Shown: positions 19,852 through 29,318, counted from the stretch's first letter. The stretch: 56,438 nucleotides of DNA from an uncultured Candidatus Saccharibacteria bacterium (GCA_964645315.1 CAZYBH010000002.1:1-56438); one strand, 5' to 3'. The notes: generated by a model from the sequence alone, not told the origin. Translations and numbers: made by a program.

Positions 19852-21138
19852 ATGATATACTCAAGCGGTATGCAATATATTCATGTCTTTTCCTCCTTGT
19901 CGCATTACATTCAGGAGATAATCGTACAGGGTGGATATTTCATTTTGTTTGCAATGACTATATTTGAAGGTATACCACTACTTGGGATGCTCGTTCCAGG
20001 TCACGTAGCCATAATGGCTGGCGGATTTGTCGCAAAACTGGGCACACTTAATCTTGGTTCTGTGCTTTTGGTCTCTATGATCGGTGCTCTTGTCGGCGAC
20101 TATATCGGTTTTTACATCGGAAGGAAGTATGGCATGTCATTTATCAATAAACTTCGACCGTATCTATTTATCTCAGACAATCATATAGCAAAAGCAAATA
20201 AACTCTTGGACAAACACACGGGTAAGGCTTTGATTATTGGTAGATTTACTCCGGCGACAAGAGCTTTGATGCCTTTCTTGGTTGGTACAAGTAATATTCA
20301 CGCTCGTAGATTTTGGTTATTCAATGTAATCGGTGGTTTTTCATGGGTATTCTCATCGGTTATGGTTGGATATATATTTGGTTCTGCCTACCATGCTGTT
20401 TCTGGTTATATCGGCAAACTGCTATTTGTTTCTATTGTTATTTCAATCTTATTTATTTGGGGATACAGATTTGTCAATTCTCGTTTTCATATATTCAAAA
20501 AATACGAGTTATTTACTCTAATAGTGGCAATTATTTCATTTATAGGTTTTGCTACAGTTCTCGATAAGCTCATAGACAATTCATTTGATTTAAATTTCGA
20601 TGTATCAGTTAGTTTGATCATGCATAAATTTGCCTTACTTCATCCAATTATTCTCAAAACCGCATACTTTGTTTCAAATATAGGAAGCGTCTATTCCATG
20701 GTTATAATCGGTACAATTGTGGCAATATATTTTGCTTCAAAAAGAAAATGGCGATCAATGGCTATAATGTTTTTTGCTACATACGGAACCGCAGTTGTTT
20801 CAGGATTCTTGAAGACCACATTTATGAGCCCAAGACCGGTCAATTCTCTCATTTCTCTTAGCGATCCAAGCTTCCCAAGTTCTCACGCATCTATGGCAAC
20901 GGCAGTTTTTCTTGCTATTATTTATCTCTTTGCACCCAAAATTCAATCATGGATAAGGAGAGAAATTTTTATCGTAGGGCTTTCTATATTTGCAATAATG
21001 ATTGGATTGAGCCGATTAATACTCAATGTGCATTGGTTTTCTGATGTTCTGGCTGGTTGGGCATTGGGATTATTTATTGCATCCTCGGCTATTTTATTTG
21101 TAAAATATATGTCTGAATTATTAATTAAGAAAAAATAA
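19852..21138 (+). CDS. DedA-family membrane protein fused to a PAP2 lipid phosphatase domain
   Basis: The N-terminal half has DedA motifs (GDYIGFYIGRKYG, GRFTPATRALMPFLVG). The C-terminal half has the PAP2 tripartite motif (KTTFMSPRP, PSSHAS, SRLILNVHWFSDVLAG). The start codon is uncertain (ATG 19852 or 19870). Confidence 0.8.
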   Translation: MIYSSGMQYIHVFSSLSHYIQEIIVQGGYFILFAMTIFEGIPLLGMLVPGHVAIMAGGFVAKLGTLNLGSVLLVSMIGALVGDYIGFYIGRKYGMSFINKLRPYLFISDNHIAKANKLLDKHTGKALIIGRFTPATRALMPFLVGTSNIHARRFWLFNVIGGFSWVFSSVMVGYIFGSAYHAVSGYIGKLLFVSIVISILFIWGYRFVNSRFHIFKKYELFTLIVAIISFIGFATVLDKLIDNSFDLNFDVSVSLIMHKFALLHPIILKTAYFVSNIGSVYSMVIIGTIVAIYFASKRKWRSMAIMFFATYGTAVVSGFLKTTFMSPRPVNSLISLSDPSFPSSHASMATAVFLAIIYLFAPKIQSWIRREIFIVGLSIFAIMIGLSRLILNVHWFSDVLAGWALGLFIASSAILFVKYMSELLIKKK

Positions 21139-21881
21139 TGTATAAAGTAGTTTTGATAAGACATGGTGAAAGTGTCTGGAATAAAGAAAATAGATTTGCT
21201 GGATGGGTGGATGTTGACTTAAGCCCAAAAGGTATAGAAGAGGCACACAATGCAGGTAAGAAACTAAAAGCAAATGGCTACGATTTTGACTTAGCGTATA
21301 CATCGTATTTACAAAGAGCATCCAAAACTCTAGATATAGTCCTGAATGAGATGGGCCTAAATATTCCTATCAATCGCTCATGGAAATTGAATGAGCGACA
21401 TTATGGCTCATTGCAGGGCCTAAATAAGTCAGAAATGGCTACCAAGTATGGTGAAGATCAAGTCAAACTATGGAGAAGGGGTTATGATACTCCTATACCT
21501 CCGCTATCAAAGGATGACGCTATGTATCCTGGTAAGGATCCATTATATAAGGATTTGAAACCTGAAGAGATTCCTCTTTCCGAGAATCTAAAGATGGTCG
21601 TTGAAAGGGTAGTACCATATTGGAACAATGAGATAGTTCCAAATATTAAAGCTGGTAAAAAAGTAATTATATCCGCATCAGGAAACAGTCTTCGGGCATT
21701 GATTAAGCATATTGAAAATTTGAGTCCAGAAGATATTGTAGAATTTACTATGCCTACAGCTATTCCGTATGTCTATGAATTGGATAATGACATGAAAGTA
21801 CTAAGAAAGTATTTTCTAGCCACAGATGATGAGCTCAAAGTTGCTATCGATACAGTCAAAAATCAAGGTAAAGCAAAATAG
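21138..21881 (+). CDS. gpmA: 2,3-bisphosphoglycerate-dependent phosphoglycerate mutase
   Basis: 247 aa with LIRHGESVWNKENRFAGWVDVDLS (RHGE catalytic motif). The start overlaps the preceding stop by 1 nt. Confidence 0.95.
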   Translation: MYKVVLIRHGESVWNKENRFAGWVDVDLSPKGIEEAHNAGKKLKANGYDFDLAYTSYLQRASKTLDIVLNEMGLNIPINRSWKLNERHYGSLQGLNKSEMATKYGEDQVKLWRRGYDTPIPPLSKDDAMYPGKDPLYKDLKPEEIPLSENLKMVVERVVPYWNNEIVPNIKAGKKVIISASGNSLRALIKHIENLSPEDIVEFTMPTAIPYVYELDNDMKVLRKYFLATDDELKVAIDTVKNQGKAK

Positions 21882-21905
21882 AAGTTAGTTTTGTTAGGAG
21901 TCTAT

Positions 21906-21992
21906 GCATATGTGTGACATATGCTGTTTATGTTTTTCACATGTTCACACCGTCAGGGTGTGGACAAAACTCCCGAGGCCTCGCCTCGGGAA
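21906..21992 (+). repeat. 87-nt triple-hairpin repeat, copy A
   Basis: HP1 is GCATATGT-gtg-ACATATGC, HP2 is CACACC-gtcag-GGTGTG, and HP3 is CCCGAGGC-ctc-GCCTCGGG. It is about 87% identical to copy B (22701-22787) in the same orientation. Confidence 0.85.
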
Positions 21993-22021
21993 TTTACATA
22001 ATCAGCATTTGGGTGTAATCT
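21993..22021 (+). promoter_or_regulatory. candidate promoter of the 195-aa cassette gene
   Basis: TTTACA (21993-21998), 17-nt spacer, TAATCT (22016-22021). The ATG lies 12 nt after the -10, giving a very short or absent leader with no SD. Confidence 0.45.
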
Positions 22022-22033
22022 GAACACGGATAT

Positions 22034-22621
22034 ATGAACACAACCATTACTTGGGATAACTTCAAAGATTTGGTTGGTCAAAAAGGATTCTACCATGATC
22101 GAGATAAGCAATTGATCGCGCTGCCACCATATTGGCTTGACCGACCGGTCCGTGCTGTACTTCGGTACACATTTGGTGTGAATGGAATGTGTCCGAATTT
22201 CAAGGATTGGTTTATGAAGAAAGGTCTTCATCCAAAAGCAAGTATGTCGCTCGGCAGACGGCTTTTTCGGTATGGTGTTACAAACGACCGTGTTTTGGAT
22301 CGAGCAATTCTTGGATCCGTATATCCTAAACCGGAAAAATTGTGGCATATCGGTGAACTTTCTGGAGTCAAACCGATTCATTTGGAGGACTTCCTGCAGA
22401 TCTATAATGCCACGGATCTTCTTCGAGAGCTTGAATTGCTAGGAAGAAACTTCACCTTTTTAGTTATCGATAGGTTTGGTACCACATCTCGAGTTGAGAT
22501 TCGTACTGGTGACGATATTGTCAGAGCCTTCAACGTCAATCCGAACAATCATCGGCGCGACCATAGTTTGCTAATTCCTAGCCGATCGATCATCCTGACG
22601 CCCGGCCTCAACATCCCCTAG
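22034..22621 (+). CDS. hypothetical protein (195 aa) on a GC-enriched cassette flanked by direct repeats
   Basis: The ORF is followed by its own hairpin terminator. Composition is clearly GC-richer than the neighbours. I recognise no family motif. Confidence 0.6.
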   Translation: MNTTITWDNFKDLVGQKGFYHDRDKQLIALPPYWLDRPVRAVLRYTFGVNGMCPNFKDWFMKKGLHPKASMSLGRRLFRYGVTNDRVLDRAILGSVYPKPEKLWHIGELSGVKPIHLEDFLQIYNATDLLRELELLGRNFTFLVIDRFGTTSRVEIRTGDDIVRAFNVNPNNHRRDHSLLIPSRSIILTPGLNIP

Positions 22622-22644
22622 AGCAAGGTGCTTTAAGGGACACG

Positions 22645-22673
22645 AGCCTCCTTTTGCGGGAGGCTTTATTGTT
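22645..22673 (+). terminator. intrinsic terminator of the cassette gene
   Basis: AGCCTCC-ttttgc-GGGAGGCT is followed by TTATTGTT. Confidence 0.65.
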
Positions 22674-22700
22674 AGATTTAACATCACAAGCATATCGCAA

Positions 22701-22787
22701 GCATATGTCACACATATGCTATTTTCATTTTTCACATATTCACACCGTCAGGGTGTGGACAAAACTTCTGAGGCCTCGCCTCGGGAA
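22701..22787 (+). repeat. 87-nt triple-hairpin repeat, copy B
   Basis: Same three hairpins as copy A. The HP1 loop is inverted (cac versus gtg), and HP3 has one G-U (TCTGAGGC/GCCTCGGG). Confidence 0.85.
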
Positions 22788-23037
22788 GGAAGTTGTGTTG
22801 AAATTTTGGAACAAATTACATCATGTCAGAAGAGTGCGATTTTGGGGCATAATAACAGCTATTACTTTGACTTATAGTCAAGATTTGAACCTAATCATAA
22901 ATGGCATTGCAGTAGTTATAAAATATAGGCGCGGGAGTTAACCAACCTGCACAAATATTATGAAGCACAATCCAAAGCCAAAGCCTGCTCCAGCCCCAGC
23001 TCCAAGTACTACTCCTACAAATCCTCCTCAGGCATAA

Positions 23038-23070
23038 ACACAAAGACCTCGTAACGAGGTCTTTGTGTTT
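23038..23070. terminator. strong bidirectional terminator (eno and upstream plus-strand transcripts)
   Basis: A 14-bp perfect stem ACACAAAGACCTCG-taa-CGAGGTCTTTGTGT is flanked by A- and T-rich runs, 30 nt beyond the eno stop. Confidence 0.75.
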
Positions 23071-23100
23071 ATGGTTTACGAGATAGTCATTTGCATATCG

Positions 23101-24435
<1,335 letters not shown>

Positions 24436-24445
24436 TCAAGCTGGA

Positions 24446-25615
24446 TTATTTTATATCTCGAATTGTGGCAATAGGTAGAAGAGCTGTTAGCACTAGAATG
24501 CCAAGAACAATAAACATTGCTCTATAATCAAAAAATTGAAGACCGATAATCATCAGACCAGAGCTAAAAAAGAATGATGCAGGTCTTGCTACTCGAAAAG
24601 CACTTAGGATTTCTGTATCTTTGACCTGGATTATTTTGAATAAATAGGTTTCAATCATAATCTCGATCATCGAAGCTCCTGTCCTTGTAACAAAGAAGAT
24701 CAAACACCAGACTAGAAGAATTTTTGCGGTGGTAAGTGAGAGAAATATTGTAGACAAACCCATTATTGCTATTCCTAGAAGCATAATGCCTTTTTCTCCA
24801 TATTTATTGTCAGATAATTTGCCGAGCGGGTACTCAAATATTACAAAAGGAATGAGCATAATGACTATGATCGTGCCAATTTCTGACCAATCAAAACCTA
24901 TAAATTTGTTTAGATAAATTGGGCTATATATAACCATCCAGGAATAAAATATCTGGAGAATCATATTCAAATAGAAAAGCTTTAGCAGATCATTCTTATC
25001 TGAAAAATATCTTATTAGCTTCAATATTCGAGGATGATTATAATTTGGATCACTGAAGGTCCTGAAGTTTTTGTAAACTAAATACAGAAGTGGGAATAGA
25101 AGAGCAAGTGAAGCAAAAAATGTATTTTTATAATTTACACCTTCACCGATGAGGATACTACCGATTAGCGGACCGATTACCCAGGCAGTATTCATAGCTG
25201 TCATATAAATGCCACGAGTCGTGCCAATCTTATGGTGATTGGTATATGATTCAAGGAAAAGATCTAGGCAATAACCAATTAACACTGAAGAAGCCGACTG
25301 AATAATAAATAATATAGACAAAACCAATGGATCACTGGATGAAATTAGTCCATAAAAAATGAGGATTTCGATGCAAACCAATGCAAAAATAGTGGTGTAA
25401 TTTCCAAGATTTCTTATGACTGTAGGGATAATAAGAAAGCCAAATATAGAGAGCGATGCACCGGTCATATATATCAGTCCGAGAGTATTTTCGTCTGCAA
25501 AAAGGCTAAGAAAGCTTGAATTTGAGTATGTCGGAATAACAATGTGAAGAGTAAAAATAAAACCGATAAGAGCAACGGTATAAATAGCATAAGAACGAGG
25601 TTTAGCTATGGCCAT
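24446..25615 (-). CDS. MFS-type transporter
   Basis: 389 aa with about 12 predicted TM segments in a 6+6 layout. No specific substrate motif recognised. Confidence 0.6.
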   Translation of the reverse strand: MAIAKPRSYAIYTVALIGFIFTLHIVIPTYSNSSFLSLFADENTLGLIYMTGASLSIFGFLIIPTVIRNLGNYTTIFALVCIEILIFYGLISSSDPLVLSILFIIQSASSVLIGYCLDLFLESYTNHHKIGTTRGIYMTAMNTAWVIGPLIGSILIGEGVNYKNTFFASLALLFPLLYLVYKNFRTFSDPNYNHPRILKLIRYFSDKNDLLKLFYLNMILQIFYSWMVIYSPIYLNKFIGFDWSEIGTIIVIMLIPFVIFEYPLGKLSDNKYGEKGIMLLGIAIMGLSTIFLSLTTAKILLVWCLIFFVTRTGASMIEIMIETYLFKIIQVKDTEILSAFRVARPASFFFSSGLMIIGLQFFDYRAMFIVLGILVLTALLPIATIRDIK

Positions 25616-25669
25616 ACTGCAAATATTATATCATATACTGGCGTTCAGATTTCAAAACTGTGCAAATCA

Positions 25670-25688
25670 CATATGTGACACATATGCG
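25670..25688. repeat. 19-bp palindrome family member
   Basis: ACATATGT-gac-ACATATGC lies in the divergent intergenic region between the MFS gene and rpmE. Confidence 0.6.
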
Positions 25689-25748
25689 AACGCTTCAAAC
25701 ATATAAAATTGCATTTTTCTTATAATAATGCTAGATTATTGTCTACTT

Positions 25749-26006
25749 ATGAAGAAAGAAATTCACCCACAAAACTATAGACCAGTCATTTTCACCGACA
25801 ATTCAAACGGTGCTAAATTCCTTATTCCATCTACTATTGAGACAAAGGAGACAGCAAAGTGGACTGATGGCAAAGAATATCCTGCATACAATGTAGAAAT
25901 TTCTAGTGCATCTCATCCATTCTATACAAAGGAAGAAAAGATCATCGATACCGCCGGTCGTGTCGAGAAATTCAAGACTCGCCAAGCAAAAGCAAAGAAG
26001 GCTTAG
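25749..26006 (+). CDS. rpmE: 50S ribosomal protein L31 (type B, no Cys motif)
   Basis: [15 protein letters not shown]...[10 protein letters not shown]. Start chosen at ATG 25749. Confidence 0.9.
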   Translation: MKKEIHPQNYRPVIFTDNSNGAKFLIPSTIETKETAKWTDGKEYPAYNVEISSASHPFYTKEEKIIDTAGRVEKFKTRQAKAKKA

Positions 26007-26039
26007 GTCTTACAAGCTAGTCTACTAGCTTTTTTTCGT

Positions 26040-27020
26040 ATGAATATAGATCAATATAAAAATAATCCTAAAACAGCATTTCTGGCTGGAATGTATGAGA
26101 AATTGTCCAGAGATCTTATTGATACAAGAAATCTAGCCGAATCTGATCCTTCGATGAAGGACATGGCTAGCTCTGATATAGAAAATATTACTTCTCAAAT
26201 GAATGAGTTAGAGAAGCAAATGAAAGCAATTCTTGAGTCCGACAAAAAGGAAGAAGAGAAGCCAAATGAAATTATTATGGAAGTGCGAGCTGGCGCCGGT
26301 GGCGATGAAGCAGCTCTATTTGCGGCCGAGCTTCTCAATATGTACAAAAAATACGCCGAGAGCAAAGGTTGGTCGACAAGAATTGTCGATGAATCGACCA
26401 ATGATCTAGGAGGTTACAAGGAGGCATCGATGGAAATAAAGGGAAAAGGTGTATATGAGGATTTACGATGGGAAACTGGAGTCCATAGAGTCCAGAGAGT
26501 ACCAGAAACTGAGAAAATGGGCAGAGTGCACACCTCCACCGCATCCATAGCCATTATGCCAATACGCAAAAAATCCAAATTTGAAATAAATCCTACTGAT
26601 TATGAAATAGAATTCTCAAGAGCAGGAGGTAAGGGTGGTCAAAATGTCAATAAAGTTGAATCAGCTGTAAGAATAATTCACAAGCCAACTGGTCTTGATG
26701 TTCGTTCTACAGCAGAAAGAAGTCAATCGGCCAATCGAGAAAGGGCAATGCAGATTTTGACCGCAAAACTTGAGGCTCTCAAGGAGGAAGAAGAAATGAA
26801 GAAATTCTCAGCTGATCGAAAGGGTCAAATAGGTACTGGTGATCGCTCCGAAAAGATCCGTACTTATAATTTTCCTCAAGACCGAGTAACTGATCATCGC
26901 ATAAAACAAAGTTGGCATAATCTAGAGATCATTCTGTCTGGCAAGTTTGGTCCTATTACCGAAGCTCTAAAAGAATTTGAAAAGACTGGCAAAAGTGGCG
27001 ATGCTGGTGATGAGGAATGA
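26040..27020 (+). CDS. prfA: peptide chain release factor 1
   Basis: 326 aa with the GGQ motif (SRAGGKGGQNVNKVESAVRI) and an RF1-type tripeptide region VHRVQRVPETEKMGRVHTS (PxT). Confidence 0.9.
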   Translation: MNIDQYKNNPKTAFLAGMYEKLSRDLIDTRNLAESDPSMKDMASSDIENITSQMNELEKQMKAILESDKKEEEKPNEIIMEVRAGAGGDEAALFAAELLNMYKKYAESKGWSTRIVDESTNDLGGYKEASMEIKGKGVYEDLRWETGVHRVQRVPETEKMGRVHTSTASIAIMPIRKKSKFEINPTDYEIEFSRAGGKGGQNVNKVESAVRIIHKPTGLDVRSTAERSQSANRERAMQILTAKLEALKEEEEMKKFSADRKGQIGTGDRSEKIRTYNFPQDRVTDHRIKQSWHNLEIILSGKFGPITEALKEFEKTGKSGDAGDEE

Positions 27021-27115
27021 TTTGTAATTCATTATTTATATATCTAACTTTAACTCTAGAAACTAAATCACCTCGCATTTGATAGCGAGGCGATGATGGA
27101 CATCATGATCGGAAC

Positions 27116-27403
27116 CTAGGTGAATATTGTCCATAAAATATTCACGATCAGTGGTAGAGCTAGAGCTATGAGGGTAATCTTGATTGATAGTCTTTGATTT
27201 TTTCCTAGGACGTAGATCAGATACCAACCTTCCATCGCAATTGGCAGAATGAAGATCATTTGTGAGGTTACCTCACGAGACCAACCTGCCAATCTGGAGT
27301 AAATTGGGGCAACAGCAATTGATAAAAAAACAAGCGCTACCGAATTCTCGATAAACCATCTCCATGTAGCTCTCTGCCTTACATAATTGAAACTTTCATA
27401 CAT
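27116..27403 (-). CDS. small membrane protein (hypothetical)
   Basis: 95-aa ORF with 3 hydrophobic segments. Confidence 0.45.
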   Translation of the reverse strand: MYESFNYVRQRATWRWFIENSVALVFLSIAVAPIYSRLAGWSREVTSQMIFILPIAMEGWYLIYVLGKNQRLSIKITLIALALPLIVNILWTIFT

Positions 27404-27473
27404 GCGTCAACCTCCGGCACAATCATATACTATTACCATAAAAACGTTAAGGGTTTTATACAGAATTTATTAG

Positions 27474-27545
27474 TGCCCTTGGTAGGAATCGAACCTACAT
27501 CTATTCCTTAGGACGGAACTATTCTATCCATTGAACTACAAGGGC
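27474..27545 (-). tRNA. tRNA-Arg (anticodon CCU)
   Basis: Cloverleaf by hand: acceptor GCCCTTG/CAAGGGC, anticodon arm GTTCC-gtCCTaa-GGAAT, T arm GTAGG-TTCGATT-CCTAC. No encoded CCA. Confidence 0.85.
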
Positions 27546-27600
27546 ATGAAAATAGATTAGCACACTTCCTAATATAAAATAAATCTGTTATAGTATCCAA

Positions 27601-27879
27601 ATGACACCCGAAGAGAGATCTTTGCTTACAAGAACTTACGAACTTGCAAGCGAAAACAACAGTATTTTGAGAGGCATTAGGAGAGCAAATCGCTTTAGTC
27701 TTGCCTTCAAGATCTTCTATTGGGCAGTCATAATAGGCGTTACTTTGGGCGCATTTTATTTTGTTCAACCATATCTCGAAAAGTCATTAGAATTGTTAAA
27801 TCAGGCAGAAAAATCTGTTCAAACAATCAATGGCAATATCGATCAAGTAAAGGGTGCTCTAAACGTTTTGGGTAAGTAG
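27601..27879 (+). CDS. small membrane protein (hypothetical)
   Basis: 92-aa ORF with an N-terminal helix, a basic patch, one TM segment and a C-terminal coiled segment. The architecture resembles 28078-28296. Confidence 0.5.
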   Translation: MTPEERSLLTRTYELASENNSILRGIRRANRFSLAFKIFYWAVIIGVTLGAFYFVQPYLEKSLELLNQAEKSVQTINGNIDQVKGALNVLGK

Positions 27880-27882
27880 ATT

Positions 27883-27904
27883 GCATATGTGTGACTTATG
27901 TCAC
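27883..27904. repeat. degenerate member of the 19-bp palindrome family
   Basis: GCATATGTgtgACTTATGTcac, immediately after the stop of the 92-aa ORF; it contains GTGAC-ttat-GTCAC. Confidence 0.45.
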
Positions 27905-27927
27905 CTATATCAACATAAAATTCATAG

Positions 27928-28000
27928 GCCGAGGTAGCTCAGTTGGTAGAGCATTCCCCTGAAGAGGGAAGGGTCACCAGTTCGATCCTGGTCCTCGGCA
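27928..28000 (+). tRNA. tRNA-Phe (anticodon GAA)
   Basis: Acceptor GCCGAGG/CCTCGGC, anticodon arm TTCCC-ctGAAga-GGGAA, T arm ACCAG-TTCGATC-CTGGT. Confidence 0.9.
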
Positions 28001-28029
28001 CATTGTAATAGTATAGTTAAATATTATCT

Positions 28030-28071
28030 CCGGGATGGGGTAACATTCGATCCTATCCTCGTACATTTTTT
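28030..28071 (+). terminator. tRNA-Phe terminator hairpin whose 3' arm resembles the tRNA 3' end
   Basis: CCGGGATGGGGT-aacattcg-ATCCTATCCTCG (with G-U pairs) is followed by TTTTTT. ttcgatcct..cctcg.aca (28046-28065) echoes the tRNA's ttcgatcctggtcctcggcaca. Confidence 0.55.
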
Positions 28072-28077
28072 CATTGA

Positions 28078-28296
28078 CTAAATCCCCAAATTTAGAGCGC
28101 TGGTATATGAAGACAAAGCCATAGGTACGACAAATATCATAGCAATAAGAGGTAGTACGAAGAATACAATAGTCAAAATCAGTGACCATTGGAAATATTT
28201 GCGCATCTTTTCGGTACTAATGGCGACAGTTTGTAGAATTTGTTGCTGTTCAGCAATTTTATTTTCTAAATTTTTTAGAGCTTCTTCTATATTCAT
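28078..28296 (-). CDS. small membrane protein (hypothetical)
   Basis: 72-aa ORF with an N-terminal amphipathic helix and then two hydrophobic segments. Confidence 0.5.
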   Translation of the reverse strand: MNIEEALKNLENKIAEQQQILQTVAISTEKMRKYFQWSLILTIVFFVLPLIAMIFVVPMALSSYTSALNLGI

Positions 28297-28320
28297 ATAT
28301 ATATATATCTTACCATATAA

Positions 28321-28379
28321 ATAGCTAAGCCATACAGATGCAACCTGTATGGCGTTGGTATGCCTGCCAACCTAGCTAT
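28321..28379 (-). ncRNA. candidate three-way-junction RNA in the 5' leader of the 72-aa membrane-protein gene
   Basis: Closing stem ATAGCTA/TAGCTAT encloses hairpins CCATACAG-atgcaac-CTGTATGG and GTTGG-tatgcctg-CCAAC. It is locally GC-rich in an AT-rich spacer, about 25 nt upstream of ATG 28296. No known class recognised. Confidence 0.25.
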
Positions 28380-28523
28380 GGAATAACATCAAATTTTGGA
28401 CGCTTTATATTTTATTACTAAATATTATGTCGACACATAACAATATTAAAATAGCAAATTGAAATGAAGAACTTATGAATTTTATTTCAAAAAATAATAA
28501 AAAACCTATCAAAAAACAATAAA

Positions 28524-29219
28524 CTATATATTCTTGAGATTTTCTGGGCTATCTATAACATAACCTCTGCCAGGAACATTGATAATAAGGTTCGGTTTAT
28601 TTGAAAGATTGATCTTCTTTCGAACATTGCGGATATGAGCTTCAAGGGTATTTGAGAAAACATTGCTATCGGCAGTCCATACGTGTTCCATTAGAAGCGT
28701 CCTAGATAAGATCACTCCGACATTTTTCATCATATATTCGAGCAAAATATACTCCTTCTTTGTAATCCTAATCCTCTTGTCTCCTCTTGTTACGATACAT
28801 TTGACTGTATCGATGACAAGATCGTGTACTTTGAGTTGGCTGGGTCGATTTTGCTCTCCTGTAACCCTCTTTGTTATAGCTTTTAGCCTCATTGACAATT
28901 CTTGTAATGCAAAAGGTTTATGCATATAGTCATCAGCGCCATTTTTGAATGCATTGATCTTGGTCTCTAGGCTATTGTCTATGGTCAGAAATAGGATAGG
29001 TGTGGTCTTACCTACAGATCTTATGTCTTTGCATATAGACAGACCGTCTTTCTTAGGAAGAGAATTGTCTAGGATTATAGCGTCATAACTGAAGCTTTTG
29101 GCCATAAATGCACCATCTATACCGTCCTCTACCACCTCTACCACATGATTGTCAGATGATAAATTTGCCCTAATAGTCTGGGCTAGAGCTATGTCGTCTT
29201 CAACAAGTAAGACTTTCAT
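28524..29219 (-). CDS. OmpR/PhoB-family response regulator
   Basis: 231 aa with receiver MKVLLVEDD...DAIILDNSLPKKDG and a winged-helix output domain (...VPGRGYVI). Confidence 0.9.
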   Translation of the reverse strand: MKVLLVEDDIALAQTIRANLSSDNHVVEVVEDGIDGAFMAKSFSYDAIILDNSLPKKDGLSICKDIRSVGKTTPILFLTIDNSLETKINAFKNGADDYMHKPFALQELSMRLKAITKRVTGEQNRPSQLKVHDLVIDTVKCIVTRGDKRIRITKKEYILLEYMMKNVGVILSRTLLMEHVWTADSNVFSNTLEAHIRNVRKKINLSNKPNLIINVPGRGYVIDSPENLKNI

Positions 29220-29318
29220 GCCGGTAGTATAATTTAGCCATATACTTTGTGCAACCAGACTTAACCACTTGGTCTTGTATTGACTAAATCAGCTATTTTT
29301 GATAACTTATAGCGACCT

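Noticed and set aside
21953-22381. 142-aa minus-strand ORF overlapping the 195-aa cassette gene
   Set aside because: Its C-terminus is simply a read-through of repeat copy A (…NSRGEASGVLSTP). It is Cys/His/Lys-rich with no start signals. The plus-strand ORF has a promoter-like element and its own terminator.
21906-22787. Integron cassette (attC) or IS200/IS605 element
   Set aside because: No IntI-type integrase and no Y1/HUH TnpA or TnpB ORF appears in any frame. I could not find attC R'/R'' cores (GTTRRRY/RYYYAAC). The idea is kept only as an analogy in the findings.
22654-22941. 95-aa plus-strand ORF
   Set aside because: It spans the terminator and repeat copy B and continues into AT-rich spacer, so it is most likely non-coding.
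27974-28189. 71-aa minus-strand ORF overlapping tRNA-Phe and its terminator
   Set aside because: It overlaps a tRNA gene and a terminator hairpin. The neighbouring 72-aa ORF (28078-28296) has better membrane-protein character.
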